From the NCBI GenBank assembly GCA_965205945.1, contig CBDBIB010000001.1:416001-480000 (forward strand): a DNA stretch of 64,000 bases, read 5' to 3'. The first letter of the stretch is position 1. Every line of letters begins with the position of its first letter. This DNA is from Bdellovibrionales bacterium (lineage in GTDB: Bacteria > Bdellovibrionota > Bdellovibrionia > Bdellovibrionales > UBA1609). Under the pieces are notes generated by a model. It worked only from the letters and a program-made list of their open reading frames with translations, was not told the origin of the DNA and ran no database searches. The position numbers and the translations under genes are program-made. Shown here one piece after another: positions 19,426 to 28,768 of the stretch.

Positions 19426-20448
19426 TTAAATATATAGCTCTGAGGAAGAAGCTGCCTTTAGTTTTTTTTCTATGGAATGTGGCCTAAAAAATTTACAACT
19501 AGAAAGCAAATAAAAATTAGCAAGGATTTTTAAACGACCTTTCTTTATAGCTGGATTAAAAGAACTCATAGCAGATCTGTGTAAAGAAATTTTTTCCTTA
19601 GTTTTCTTACTTATTTCCTTAGTAAAAGGGTTCGGTAGGGTTTTTTGTATGTGTCTTTTTAAAAGTTTTAAATGTTTTCGTATAAAATCATGATCACTAG
19701 AAAGAACACTGTCATAAAAACTAATGAAAGTCATTTCAGAGTTTGAAAGTGCACACCCCATCCAAGGTGCTTGCTCTTCACCCATAAAAATAAATTTATT
19801 GTTTTGAAAATCACCAAGTTTTTCTTTAGCAATCTTAAATTTTGCAGTAATTACGTCAAAATCTTTTGATTTTTTAATCTTTTTCCTAAAGTCGTTAAAA
19901 AAATCTTTTTCTGGTAAAATATCATTCAACTCTTGTACCGGGGCTGTCCAAATAACATGTTCAACTTGAATACGTGTTTTTCCATTAAGTTCAAGCAAGT
20001 TATAATTAGAGTCTTTAGAGGTTTTAAAAAGTGCTGTGATTTGACTATGTAAAAAAATATTTTTTACATTTTGAGTTGAAAAACTATTTTTTTTAATTCC
20101 TGTTACAATATAAGTTTTCTTAGATGTAAAAATATCAATAAGATCAATTGTTGATATCTTTTTATCCCCAAAACCTATAAAAGGTATTAGTCCTTTTTTT
20201 CCACTACATAAAGTTTCTAAAAATTCAGTATCATATTTAAAAAGATCTAAATTTTTTTCTTGCGTCCAAATTAAAGATTCAAGAGAAAAAAAATTTTCTT
20301 CACCCTCCCTCATTAAAGAGCCTCCAAGTTCACCAGAACTTTCAATCAGAATGGAATCTTTACCTTTAGTTTGAAGTTTTTTAAAAACACTAAGGCCTAC
20401 AAGGCCTCCTCCAACTACTAAATATTCAACCTTATTAGGGACTTTCAT
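19426..20448 (-). CDS. FAD/NAD(P)-binding oxidoreductase-like protein
   Basis: N-terminal VVGGGLVG...IESSGELGG dinucleotide-binding motif; the rest is divergent. Confidence 0.7.
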   Translation of the reverse strand: MKVPNKVEYLVVGGGLVGLSVFKKLQTKGKDSILIESSGELGGSLMREGEENFFSLESLIWTQEKNLDLFKYDTEFLETLCSGKKGLIPFIGFGDKKISTIDLIDIFTSKKTYIVTGIKKNSFSTQNVKNIFLHSQITALFKTSKDSNYNLLELNGKTRIQVEHVIWTAPVQELNDILPEKDFFNDFRKKIKKSKDFDVITAKFKIAKEKLGDFQNNKFIFMGEEQAPWMGCALSNSEMTFISFYDSVLSSDHDFIRKHLKLLKRHIQKTLPNPFTKEISKKTKEKISLHRSAMSSFNPAIKKGRLKILANFYLLSSCKFFRPHSIEKKLKAASSSELYI

Positions 20449-20461
20449 AATTTTAATAACA

Positions 20462-22462
20462 TTACATCAAATCAACAGGGTCAACATTTATACTGATTCT
20501 AGACTGTGGTGGTAACTTTCCTAAAGCCTTAAGAACCCTCTTTATAAACTGCTGATGTTTTAAATCTTGTGAAAATTTTAAAACCACTTGAAAACGATAT
20601 TCATTGCGTATTTTTCCTATAGGGGCTGGACAAGGACCCAAAATGCCTAAGTCTGAAAATTGAGGCCAGGCCGTTTTAAGTTGACTGCTAAGTTGAGCAA
20701 GCCTTCTAGCTAATAACTCTCCGGTTTTTTCAAATTTTGCTTTGATTAAAAAAGCAACCATTTTAGTAAATGGAGGGTAGTTAAAACTTTGTCTTATTTT
20801 AAGCTGTTCTAAGGCAAAATCCTCAAAGTTTTTTTCATTTAAATTTTCAAAAATTTTATGCTCAGGAGATCTTGTTTGAATAATAATTTCAGCCTTTTGT
20901 TCCCTCCTTCTACCCACTCGCCCAATAACTTGTAGAATCTGTTGCAGACTTTTTTCAGAGGATCTAAAATCTGGAAAAGACAGTGCTTGGTCAGCATCTA
21001 AAATACCCATAAGAGTTAAATTCGTAAAATCTAAACCTTTTGCTATCATTTGAGTTCCAATAATGATCTCAAAATTTTGGTCTTCAATATCTTTAATAGC
21101 ACATGAAAGCTGATTCTTTGTATGAATTTCATCACGATCAAATTTTAAAATTCTAACATTTGGAAAAATAATATTTAAATCCCTAAAAACCTGTTCAGTT
21201 CCAAGCCCAATCCTTTGAATTCTTTTATCATTACATTTAAAGCACTTAACAGGAGCCTTCTCACCGTATCCACAGTAATGACAATAAAGATCATTTTTAT
21301 TATGTAAGGTTAACGATACATCACAGTTTAAACATTTAAAGCCCTGACCACAAGAATAACACTGTATACAAGAGGCCCAACCCCGACGATTTAAAAAAAG
21401 TGCTACTTGTTTTTTTCTAGACAAATGGTTTTCAATGCTATTTTTTAACTCCTTACTTAACCAAAAAGGATCACTTTTTTCTTTTGTCATATCAACAATT
21501 TTAGGTATAAAAACCCTTTGATTAAACACTTTCTCCTTTAAACGAATGTATGAGTATTTGCCTCTTTTAACATTGTTAAGACTTTCAAGGCTTGGTGTTG
21601 CCGACCCTAAAACAATCGGGATGTTTTTAAGTTGTGCTAATTTTAAGGCTGCATCTCTTGCGTGATATAAAAACTTTTCTTCTTGTTTAAAACTAGATTC
21701 ATGTTCTTCATCTAAAATAATCAATCCAATATTTTTAGAAGGGCAAAAGAGTGCTGAACGTGGACCTATTAAAATCTTTGTCTTCCCCTCAATAAAATCA
21801 TACCAGGAATTAGTTTTTTGTCTTAAAGTAAGTTGACTATGGTAAACAGAAATCAGACCTCCAAAGCGTTCTATGAATCGCTTTTCAAGTTGTGGAGTTA
21901 GTGAGATTTCAGGAAGTAAGAAAAGTCCTTGTTTATTTTGTTTTAAAATCACTTCTCCAAAAAGCTCCATATAAATTTCAGTTTTACCAGAACTAGTCAC
22001 ACCGTGAAGAAGGTGGGTTTTAAAATTATTAAGAGGTTTTATTTTATTTAAAGCATTTTTTTGAGCATCTGTTAGTGTTGCAACTCTTGTTGAATTAAGT
22101 GTTTTAGAATTTTTACGCTTTTCTTTTCGTGGAAGTGGAGGAAATATAGAGTTTATAACCAAGCCTATAGGATAGTGATAGTATTTAGCTATCCATTTTA
22201 ACCACTCTAAGTGATGAGAATCTAAAATAAGGCTGTGCTCTTTAAAAATAGTGATTTCTTTGGTTTTAAAATCAGGTTCACCAGTCTTTAAGACAACTAC
22301 CCCTGTAGTATTTTTCTTCCTTAAAGGTACAACGACTTGCTCTCCAATACTAAGTTCTTTTACACAGCTGTAAGTTAAACAAGTATCTAAGGGGGCAGGA
22401 ATTGCGACTTCATAATAATGCACCCGGTTACTATATGCCTTTGTTTCAATTTGAGACAACAA
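20462..22462 (-). CDS. priA: Primosomal protein N' (replication restart helicase); start codon uncertain
   Basis: GVTSSGKTE, PEISLTPQ, DEEHE, four CxxC pairs, GTQMIAKG and QVIGRVGR. Confidence 0.95.
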   Translation of the reverse strand: MLSQIETKAYSNRVHYYEVAIPAPLDTCLTYSCVKELSIGEQVVVPLRKKNTTGVVVLKTGEPDFKTKEITIFKEHSLILDSHHLEWLKWIAKYYHYPIGLVINSIFPPLPRKEKRKNSKTLNSTRVATLTDAQKNALNKIKPLNNFKTHLLHGVTSSGKTEIYMELFGEVILKQNKQGLFLLPEISLTPQLEKRFIERFGGLISVYHSQLTLRQKTNSWYDFIEGKTKILIGPRSALFCPSKNIGLIILDEEHESSFKQEEKFLYHARDAALKLAQLKNIPIVLGSATPSLESLNNVKRGKYSYIRLKEKVFNQRVFIPKIVDMTKEKSDPFWLSKELKNSIENHLSRKKQVALFLNRRGWASCIQCYSCGQGFKCLNCDVSLTLHNKNDLYCHYCGYGEKAPVKCFKCNDKRIQRIGLGTEQVFRDLNIIFPNVRILKFDRDEIHTKNQLSCAIKDIEDQNFEIIIGTQMIAKGLDFTNLTLMGILDADQALSFPDFRSSEKSLQQILQVIGRVGRRREQKAEIIIQTRSPEHKIFENLNEKNFEDFALEQLKIRQSFNYPPFTKMVAFLIKAKFEKTGELLARRLAQLSSQLKTAWPQFSDLGILGPCPAPIGKIRNEYRFQVVLKFSQDLKHQQFIKRVLKALGKLPPQSRISINVDPVDLM

Positions 22463-22503
22463 GTGACCGTTTTTTTAAAGTCACTTTCTTTTTAATCCGA
22501 TCC
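22461..22503 (+). promoter_or_regulatory. Inverted repeat overlapping a putative sigma28 (FliA)-like promoter
   Basis: AAGTGAC (22461-67)-N12-GTCACTT (22480-86); TAAA (22476-79)-N16-TCCGATCC (22496-503), ending 10 nt before ATG 22514. Confidence 0.4.
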
Positions 22504-22513
22504 AGTAGATGAA

Positions 22514-24007
22514 ATGAATATAAAGTCACCAACATCTTTATTTAAAAAACAGGCCCCAATACCAATGCTTTTTACGCTCATGTTGCTGCTCCAAAATTGT
22601 GGAACTTCAGAAAATGATATTTCAGAGTCATTAAAAAATTATGAGCAGAGCCAAGCAGATAAACTACAGTTTGCCTTTGAGGCCACCATTGATCATATAG
22701 GTTATATGAGTTGTGATGGCACCCCTGAATTACAACAATCACCATATTTTACTTTTAAAGTTGGTGCCTATAATAATGGTGAGGGTTTAAAATTTAAAGA
22801 CAATTTTATATCTTCAGTAGGCAAATTATATGAAAATAAGGAAAAACTTTTATCCTATCTTGCTCAGTCAAAAAGAAATCAAGGTGCTGGAGCAGTCATG
22901 TCTATTCGTGAATCAGGTCAATTTAGGGGGCCTTTAACCTTAGAGGAGGGCAGAATAGAGGACTTTGTTGCCCCAATACTTTGGAATCTTGGAGCAAATC
23001 AACAGCTAGCAAACCCTAGTTTTTCATCATTACTTTACGATAATCCTCAAGGAGTCAACTACCTATCAGGTTTTAATGGAGTTTTTCAAAAATCGTTTGA
23101 AACAAGCCTATACTTTCCTAATAGTTCATTTGTCCGTCCTGCCCTTGAAGGGATTAGCTATTTAGCACTTACATTTGCAGTAAATGATCTAGCAGAGAAT
23201 AATGGGTCAAAAGCAAGATCACCATATGATGAAAAAGGGTTAAACCCAGCTGTAGATTCTTCAGTTTTTGGAAAAGGTTATAAAATGAAGTTTGCACAGT
23301 TTGATTCAAGAAGAATCAGTTCTCCTAGAGCTGTCCTTACTGAAGTCACCGGCTATGATTTAGAAAATGAATCAGGTCTTAATGAGAAATGGGTATGCCC
23401 CCCCAATGAACGCTACATTATTATAAGAAATACTACTGATGCCACACGTAGGTTTGATGACTCTTTAGCGTTAAAAAATAATGGGACCTCAAATAACCCC
23501 TGGAATCTAGACTATGACGATGGCGGAAAAGGTGTTGGTGGCTACTATATGGAACGCATCTATCAAGATAGCGATGATAAAGATAACGATGGCAATAGGA
23601 CAGAATTAATAAAATTTAGAAATAAGGTTTTATGTCCAACAATCCCAGATGAAATGCTAAGTGGTCACACAGAGCATACAGATCCAGCATGGAAAAGAAT
23701 AAGAAATCTTTTAAGCCCCGATGAGTGGTATGTATATAGAGGAGAGAGGTATAATTGTATAGTTCCTAAAAAAAACAATGGCTCCTGCTATGGGAGACTT
23801 GAGCAGCCTTCTAGTGAAAATACCTTTCTTCAGTATTTTGCAAATGAGGATTTTATTGATCAAAAGTTAGCGGATGAGCGAAACTTTCAAAGTAATACAA
23901 GTATACCAAAACCAATTAGACCCTCTATAATAGACTGTGAAGCTAGCACACCTCCAGCCTCAGCGCGTCTTTGCCCTCATATCCTGTCAGTTTGCTACAA
24001 ACAATAA
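22514..24007 (+). CDS. Putative Cys-rich lipoprotein
   Basis: Hydrophobic stretch ending LLQNC; several Cys in the C-terminal half; DSDDKDNDG acidic loop. Confidence 0.7.
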   Translation: MNIKSPTSLFKKQAPIPMLFTLMLLLQNCGTSENDISESLKNYEQSQADKLQFAFEATIDHIGYMSCDGTPELQQSPYFTFKVGAYNNGEGLKFKDNFISSVGKLYENKEKLLSYLAQSKRNQGAGAVMSIRESGQFRGPLTLEEGRIEDFVAPILWNLGANQQLANPSFSSLLYDNPQGVNYLSGFNGVFQKSFETSLYFPNSSFVRPALEGISYLALTFAVNDLAENNGSKARSPYDEKGLNPAVDSSVFGKGYKMKFAQFDSRRISSPRAVLTEVTGYDLENESGLNEKWVCPPNERYIIIRNTTDATRRFDDSLALKNNGTSNNPWNLDYDDGGKGVGGYYMERIYQDSDDKDNDGNRTELIKFRNKVLCPTIPDEMLSGHTEHTDPAWKRIRNLLSPDEWYVYRGERYNCIVPKKNNGSCYGRLEQPSSENTFLQYFANEDFIDQKLADERNFQSNTSIPKPIRPSIIDCEASTPPASARLCPHILSVCYKQ

Positions 24008-24049
24008 ACTTAATTTGCGAAAAAATATAATAGACGATAAATTTTAGGA

Positions 24050-24919
24050 ATGAAATTTTCTTTTTTATTTTTTTTGTTTTATTCATCAAATGCCTTATCA
24101 CAAATTAATACCGCAAAAACTCTCGGCTTTGCTGGTGTAGGCAGCGTCAATGCTGAGTCTACAAGCTCAAACCTTCTTCAAAACCCTGCAGCTTTGAGTT
24201 TAAATGCAGATTTAGAGTTCGGTGCCGGATATGGACATGGAAAAACTCCTTTGGGCCTGAAACAGAAAAGTTACTATGCATGGAGCAAAGACAGTCTTTC
24301 CTCTTCCTTTAAGACCCACAGAAACACTAAAGTTAAGAGCTTAATTGATAGTCAGCAAGAGTCATTTCCTTTTGCAGCCGCAATTTATTTTAGTAATTAT
24401 CAAATAGATTTTAAAAAGTATAAATTTTATAAACTTGCTGTTTCACATGTTATTACTAAAAAAATTAGTTTAGGCGGTTGCTTTAGCTATCTTAATGGAA
24501 AACCAAAAAGCCTAACCCTTGATAATTGGGCTGGTGATTTAGGTTTAGTGTATAGAAGGTCTGAGACGATTCACCTAGGCATTTCATGGCTTAATTTAAA
24601 TTCTAATGATGACATGATAAAAAAACTTAAATTTGGTGGAGCCTTTAGACTCCCTAAGTTGGCTAAAGTATTTCTAGATACTGAGTATAATCTAGGAAAT
24701 GTAGAGAATAAATGGTCCTTTGGCATTGGGTTTGAGGCTAAGGTTAGAAAATTTTTTGCCTTTAGAAGTGGCTTTTTTACTTCAACACAAGAACTTAAGG
24801 AGTATTTAGGTTTAGGACTAAGCTTTATAGGCCCTAAATTTAAAATCCACTATGGTACAAGGACAGAGCTAAAATCTAAGATCGCACTGCACAGCGTTGA
24901 CTTTTCTTTGCCTTTTTGA
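24050..24919 (+). CDS. Putative outer-membrane beta-barrel protein (FadL/PorV-like N-terminus)
   Basis: Signal peptide; LGFAG...QNPAAL motif; alternating beta-strand pattern; terminal Phe. Confidence 0.7.
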   Translation: MKFSFLFFLFYSSNALSQINTAKTLGFAGVGSVNAESTSSNLLQNPAALSLNADLEFGAGYGHGKTPLGLKQKSYYAWSKDSLSSSFKTHRNTKVKSLIDSQQESFPFAAAIYFSNYQIDFKKYKFYKLAVSHVITKKISLGGCFSYLNGKPKSLTLDNWAGDLGLVYRRSETIHLGISWLNLNSNDDMIKKLKFGGAFRLPKLAKVFLDTEYNLGNVENKWSFGIGFEAKVRKFFAFRSGFFTSTQELKEYLGLGLSFIGPKFKIHYGTRTELKSKIALHSVDFSLPF

Positions 24920-24962
24920 TAACTAAGGGTGTTTTAAAAGACTTCTTTTAAGGGAGATAAAA

Positions 24963-25094
24963 ATGGCTTCAGCTACAAAAAAAACAAAGCTAAATCGCAG
25001 AAATAAGCATAAAAATGCTGGTAAAGTTAGAAAAACAAAGAATCAAAATAAAGGCACAACAGCTACTAAAGAAGCTCTCTTTGGAAACAACTAG
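24963..25094 (+). CDS. Small highly basic protein, 43 aa (not in the ORF track)
   Basis: AGGGAG RBS; MASATKKTKLNRRNKHKNAGKVRKTKNQNKGTTATKEALFGNN*. Confidence 0.7.
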   Translation: MASATKKTKLNRRNKHKNAGKVRKTKNQNKGTTATKEALFGNN

Positions 25095-25158
25095 ATCTAA
25101 AAGCCTGTAAATTAAATAACAAAACACACAAGACTCTTAGTACATATACTGTCTTTTT

Positions 25159-25533
25159 TTAATCTTCATTGTCATCATCTTGATCAACTTCATTCATTAA
25201 ATTTTCAAGACTTGTAAGGTCTTTAGGTCTTATCTTTAACAACCAGCCTTCTTCAGTACTATCATCAAAGAGTAATGTAGGATCATCAATAATTGCAATA
25301 TTAGCTTCAATTACTTCACCTTCAAGTGGAGAATATATATTTATTGGTCCCTGATCAGTTTCAACTTCACCACAAATCTCTTCTGGGCCAACTTGACTGC
25401 CCTCTTCAGGTAAATCAGCTCCCCATACCTCATTTACATCATCAAACATGTCCTGCTTAATCCCAATGATTAAAACATCTTCTTCGGATTTTGCCCATAG
25501 CTCATCAGTAAACTCAACTTCAGTATCAATCAT
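25159..25533 (-). CDS. Glycine cleavage H-protein-like protein lacking the lipoyl lysine
   Basis: FTDELWA, IGI, LPEEG, IYSPLEGEVIEAN and GWL motifs of the H-protein fold; VETDQ in place of VESVK. Confidence 0.8.
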   Translation of the reverse strand: MIDTEVEFTDELWAKSEEDVLIIGIKQDMFDDVNEVWGADLPEEGSQVGPEEICGEVETDQGPINIYSPLEGEVIEANIAIIDDPTLLFDDSTEEGWLLKIRPKDLTSLENLMNEVDQDDDNED

Positions 25534-25898
25534 ATGCTCTCCTTTTACTTGTAAATATTATTTACACAAAGCTATTTTACCCAAAACAATAAGTTTTAAG
25601 TACATTGGATCACGTCTAAGACTGTTTTAAAGATTTTATCTTTAAAAGATCTTACTTAGCACCTAGGATTTAAATTGCAAGAGCTTTAGCAGTGAATTTA
25701 ATATTTTTAATTTTTCCTTGGTTTTAGACTTTAACTTACAGGCATAGTATAAATAGTTTTTTAAATCCACACTATTTTTTAAAAAAAATTTACATATACA
25801 ACCTTTTTACAGTCCATTACTTTTTTCAAAAACAGCAATCCTCCCTACTCTAATCTAAAAAAAAAAGATAAGTCTTATACTCTTAAAGGAGAAAAGAC

Positions 25899-26648
25899 TT
25901 GATACACGTTCTTAAAAATAACAAGACTATTCTTACCAACATTGCTTACGACACCACCACCCAAGCTACTGTTAAATGCCTACATTTTATTAAAACTGTA
26001 CTCCAACTTGATGTTAAAATGGGAATTTATGATTCTTCATCCACAAACTATCAAGCTTTGATCCAAATGACTCAGACAAAATCTTTCATTGAATTAAAAG
26101 GAAAAATTTTTCTTCCCATATTTAAAAAAAATAAATCTATCTGGGGTTTTATAGAAATCAACTATAAATCAAAAAAACCTACTCTTGTTAAAGTCAAAAA
26201 AGCTCTTCAAACAATTAAAGATATGATTGAGCCCGAACTAGAAACTCCTTTAAATGATTTTTCTAAAAATAATTTAAATTACTCTCTTCTTGTTTTTGGA
26301 GGAACCTTTGAAAACAATCATAAAATAGCCTCAAATATTTTCCAAAATAAAAAATTCACTTCATTTATTAATTTGACAGAATGGATTCAACAAGATGATT
26401 TATTTTCATTAAAGACCTTATGTGAATTTTCTGACAACCTTCTCTTCGTTCCTGAAGTTCTTAATTTAAATTTAAACCAACGTTCAATCCTAGCCCTCTA
26501 CTCTATACTCCCTGATCAATTAAAAAAATCATCTTTAATTGCTTGTACTAAAACTACCTTTAAAAACCTATCCTCTTTAATTAAAGATGAAAAAGGCTTT
26601 CTATCAGCATTTTCTAAAAGAAAAGTACATTTTAATAAATACTTTTAA
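25899..26648 (+). CDS. Hypothetical protein, possibly a degenerate GAF plus AAA+-like regulator
   Basis: AGGAG RBS and TTG start; IFLPI...WGFIEI (GAF-like tail); LLFVPEV..L...Q..L (enhancer-binding-protein-like); no Walker A. Confidence 0.5.
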   Translation: MIHVLKNNKTILTNIAYDTTTQATVKCLHFIKTVLQLDVKMGIYDSSSTNYQALIQMTQTKSFIELKGKIFLPIFKKNKSIWGFIEINYKSKKPTLVKVKKALQTIKDMIEPELETPLNDFSKNNLNYSLLVFGGTFENNHKIASNIFQNKKFTSFINLTEWIQQDDLFSLKTLCEFSDNLLFVPEVLNLNLNQRSILALYSILPDQLKKSSLIACTKTTFKNLSSLIKDEKGFLSAFSKRKVHFNKYF

Positions 26649-26842
26649 AATATTAAAGGTTTGTTAAAAACACTACATAAAAATCAACACTAAATTTTTA
26701 ATAATTCTATTTATGTAGCCATTCATCTATTTTTAAATGCTTTTAACATGCTTGCCAGAGTTTTTAACTCTAATTTTAATGTAAAAACTACCACTCATAG
26801 CTTTATTGCTCTAAAATCAAAATAGCTTACTGGAGAGTTATT

Positions 26843-27808
26843 TTGAATATTGGTGTTGAAAAATTTATTGCTGAAAAATTAAACATTGCTTTTAAAACTA
26901 CCCCCTTAGCCGGAGATGCTGGAACTAGGCAATATTTTAAAATTAAGAGTGAAGTAGGCGACAAATATATCCTCTGCGTCTACAAAAAAAATGAGCTGAC
27001 CTCTTTTGACTACTTTTTAAACATTAATAAAATGTTTAAAGACCACGGTATAAATACTCCTCATATTCTACACACTAGTAAAAACTTAGGTTTAATGATT
27101 TTAGAAGATCTTGGAAAAATTACTTTAGAAGAGGCCTTTAAGAGCAAAGCAAACCTTTTCTTTTATCGCAAGGCCATTAATACTCTTATTAAAATCCAGG
27201 GCATTAAAAAACACGAGGGCTCTATAGCGCACAGCTACGCATTTAATATTGAAAAATTAAATTGGGAATTTAATTTTTCCTTAAAACACTTAATAAAACT
27301 TTATTCTTTTAATATAAAAGACATAGATATAATAAAATTAAAGAAAGAATTTAATTTAATTTCAACATACTTATTCTCTTTACCACAAGTAGTAACCCAT
27401 AGAGATTACCATTCAAGAAACCTCATAGTTAAAAATAATAAGGTTTATACAATTGATTTTCAAGATGCTCGCTTAGCAAACCCTTTTTATGATTTAACAA
27501 GTTTAATTGAAGATACTTACACAAACCTTCTTATTAAAAATAAGAAGGTTTTAATTAAATACTATTTAGATCACTCAAATATTTCTTTTAATCAAAATTT
27601 TAATAAAAACTATAACCTTCAAGCTTTACAACGCTCTTTTAAAGCCTGTGGAAGTTTTGCAAGATTAAAAAATACTATTAAAACAGATAAGTACCTTAAA
27701 TATCTTGCCCCATCTATTTTAAATATTAAAATTTACTTAAAAGAATTAACAGATTACCCAGAGTTTTTAAAATTTATTAACCTTTGTTCTAAAAAAGAAA
27801 CTTTATAA
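26843..27808 (+). CDS. amgK: Anomeric MurNAc/GlcNAc kinase (aminoglycoside phosphotransferase family)
   Basis: LAGDAGTRQY, LEDLG, HRDYHSRNL and DFQDA; directly upstream of a nucleotidyltransferase. Confidence 0.8.
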   Translation: MNIGVEKFIAEKLNIAFKTTPLAGDAGTRQYFKIKSEVGDKYILCVYKKNELTSFDYFLNINKMFKDHGINTPHILHTSKNLGLMILEDLGKITLEEAFKSKANLFFYRKAINTLIKIQGIKKHEGSIAHSYAFNIEKLNWEFNFSLKHLIKLYSFNIKDIDIIKLKKEFNLISTYLFSLPQVVTHRDYHSRNLIVKNNKVYTIDFQDARLANPFYDLTSLIEDTYTNLLIKNKKVLIKYYLDHSNISFNQNFNKNYNLQALQRSFKACGSFARLKNTIKTDKYLKYLAPSILNIKIYLKELTDYPEFLKFINLCSKKETL

Positions 27809-28768
27809 ATGACTAAATCTGCTTTTCTTTTAACTGCTGGGTTTGGGAGACGATTTCAACCACATACAAATTTCTTGCCGAAACCAGCACTTCCATTCTT
27901 TAATCTTCCTCAAGCCCTTTATCCTTCTGGACTTTTAAAAAATGTAGGTGTTAGCGAGTTTTTTTATAATTCCCACCATTTATCAAAAGAGCTTGATGCC
28001 GCTTTAAAGCCTTTCTTTAAAAAGAATAGCATTTTTGAAAAAAAGATTCTTGATAGTGCAGGAGGTATTGCAAATGCTAAAAAATATTTAATTTCTGATG
28101 AACATTTTTGGGTTGTTAATGGAGATTCTTTTATTACAGCTTTAAATAACGAGATTATCTTAGAGGCCTACGATTTTCATTTAAAAACAAATTCAATAGC
28201 AACTCTTATTGGTATTAAAAAAACAAACCCCTCTTTAATTGGCCTTGGTGTCAACTCCAATAATATTCTTACTCATATTGGAAGAGGCCCTAAAACACTA
28301 CACTTTGTAGGGCTTTATATTTTTAGCAAAGAAATATTTATTTTTTTAAAGCTTAAAAAATCACATATTTTAAAAGATATTTTATTAAAAAACTTTAAAG
28401 GAAAAGTTTCTGTGTTTAATGCCAGTAAAGGTCTAACATGGTTTGAAACAGGGAATGAGCTAGATTTTATAAATTGTCATAAAATTGAGGCTAAAAAAAT
28501 CCTAATAGAACAAGAAGCTTCTTTTGTTTATAAAACACATAAAATCTGGAATAAAAACCCAGAAGCTCTTCTTGAACAATTTTTGCAAAATAAAATTTGG
28601 GGTAAGAAAAGTGTTAATCCACACAAGTCTGATTTTTTAATTCTTCCAGAGAATCTTAAAGATGATTCTGGAAATTTTAAAACTTGTGTAATCACTAAAG
28701 ATCTTGTTTTTCCAAAAGATCAACTTTTTAAAAACAAAGTACTAATCAATGCGTCCCAGTGGACTTAA
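27809..28768 (+). CDS. murU: Sugar-phosphate nucleotidyltransferase, MurU-like
   Basis: LTAGFGRRFQPHT..LPKP, LDSAGGI and VNGD; coupled to amgK. Confidence 0.7.
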   Translation: MTKSAFLLTAGFGRRFQPHTNFLPKPALPFFNLPQALYPSGLLKNVGVSEFFYNSHHLSKELDAALKPFFKKNSIFEKKILDSAGGIANAKKYLISDEHFWVVNGDSFITALNNEIILEAYDFHLKTNSIATLIGIKKTNPSLIGLGVNSNNILTHIGRGPKTLHFVGLYIFSKEIFIFLKLKKSHILKDILLKNFKGKVSVFNASKGLTWFETGNELDFINCHKIEAKKILIEQEASFVYKTHKIWNKNPEALLEQFLQNKIWGKKSVNPHKSDFLILPENLKDDSGNFKTCVITKDLVFPKDQLFKNKVLINASQWT

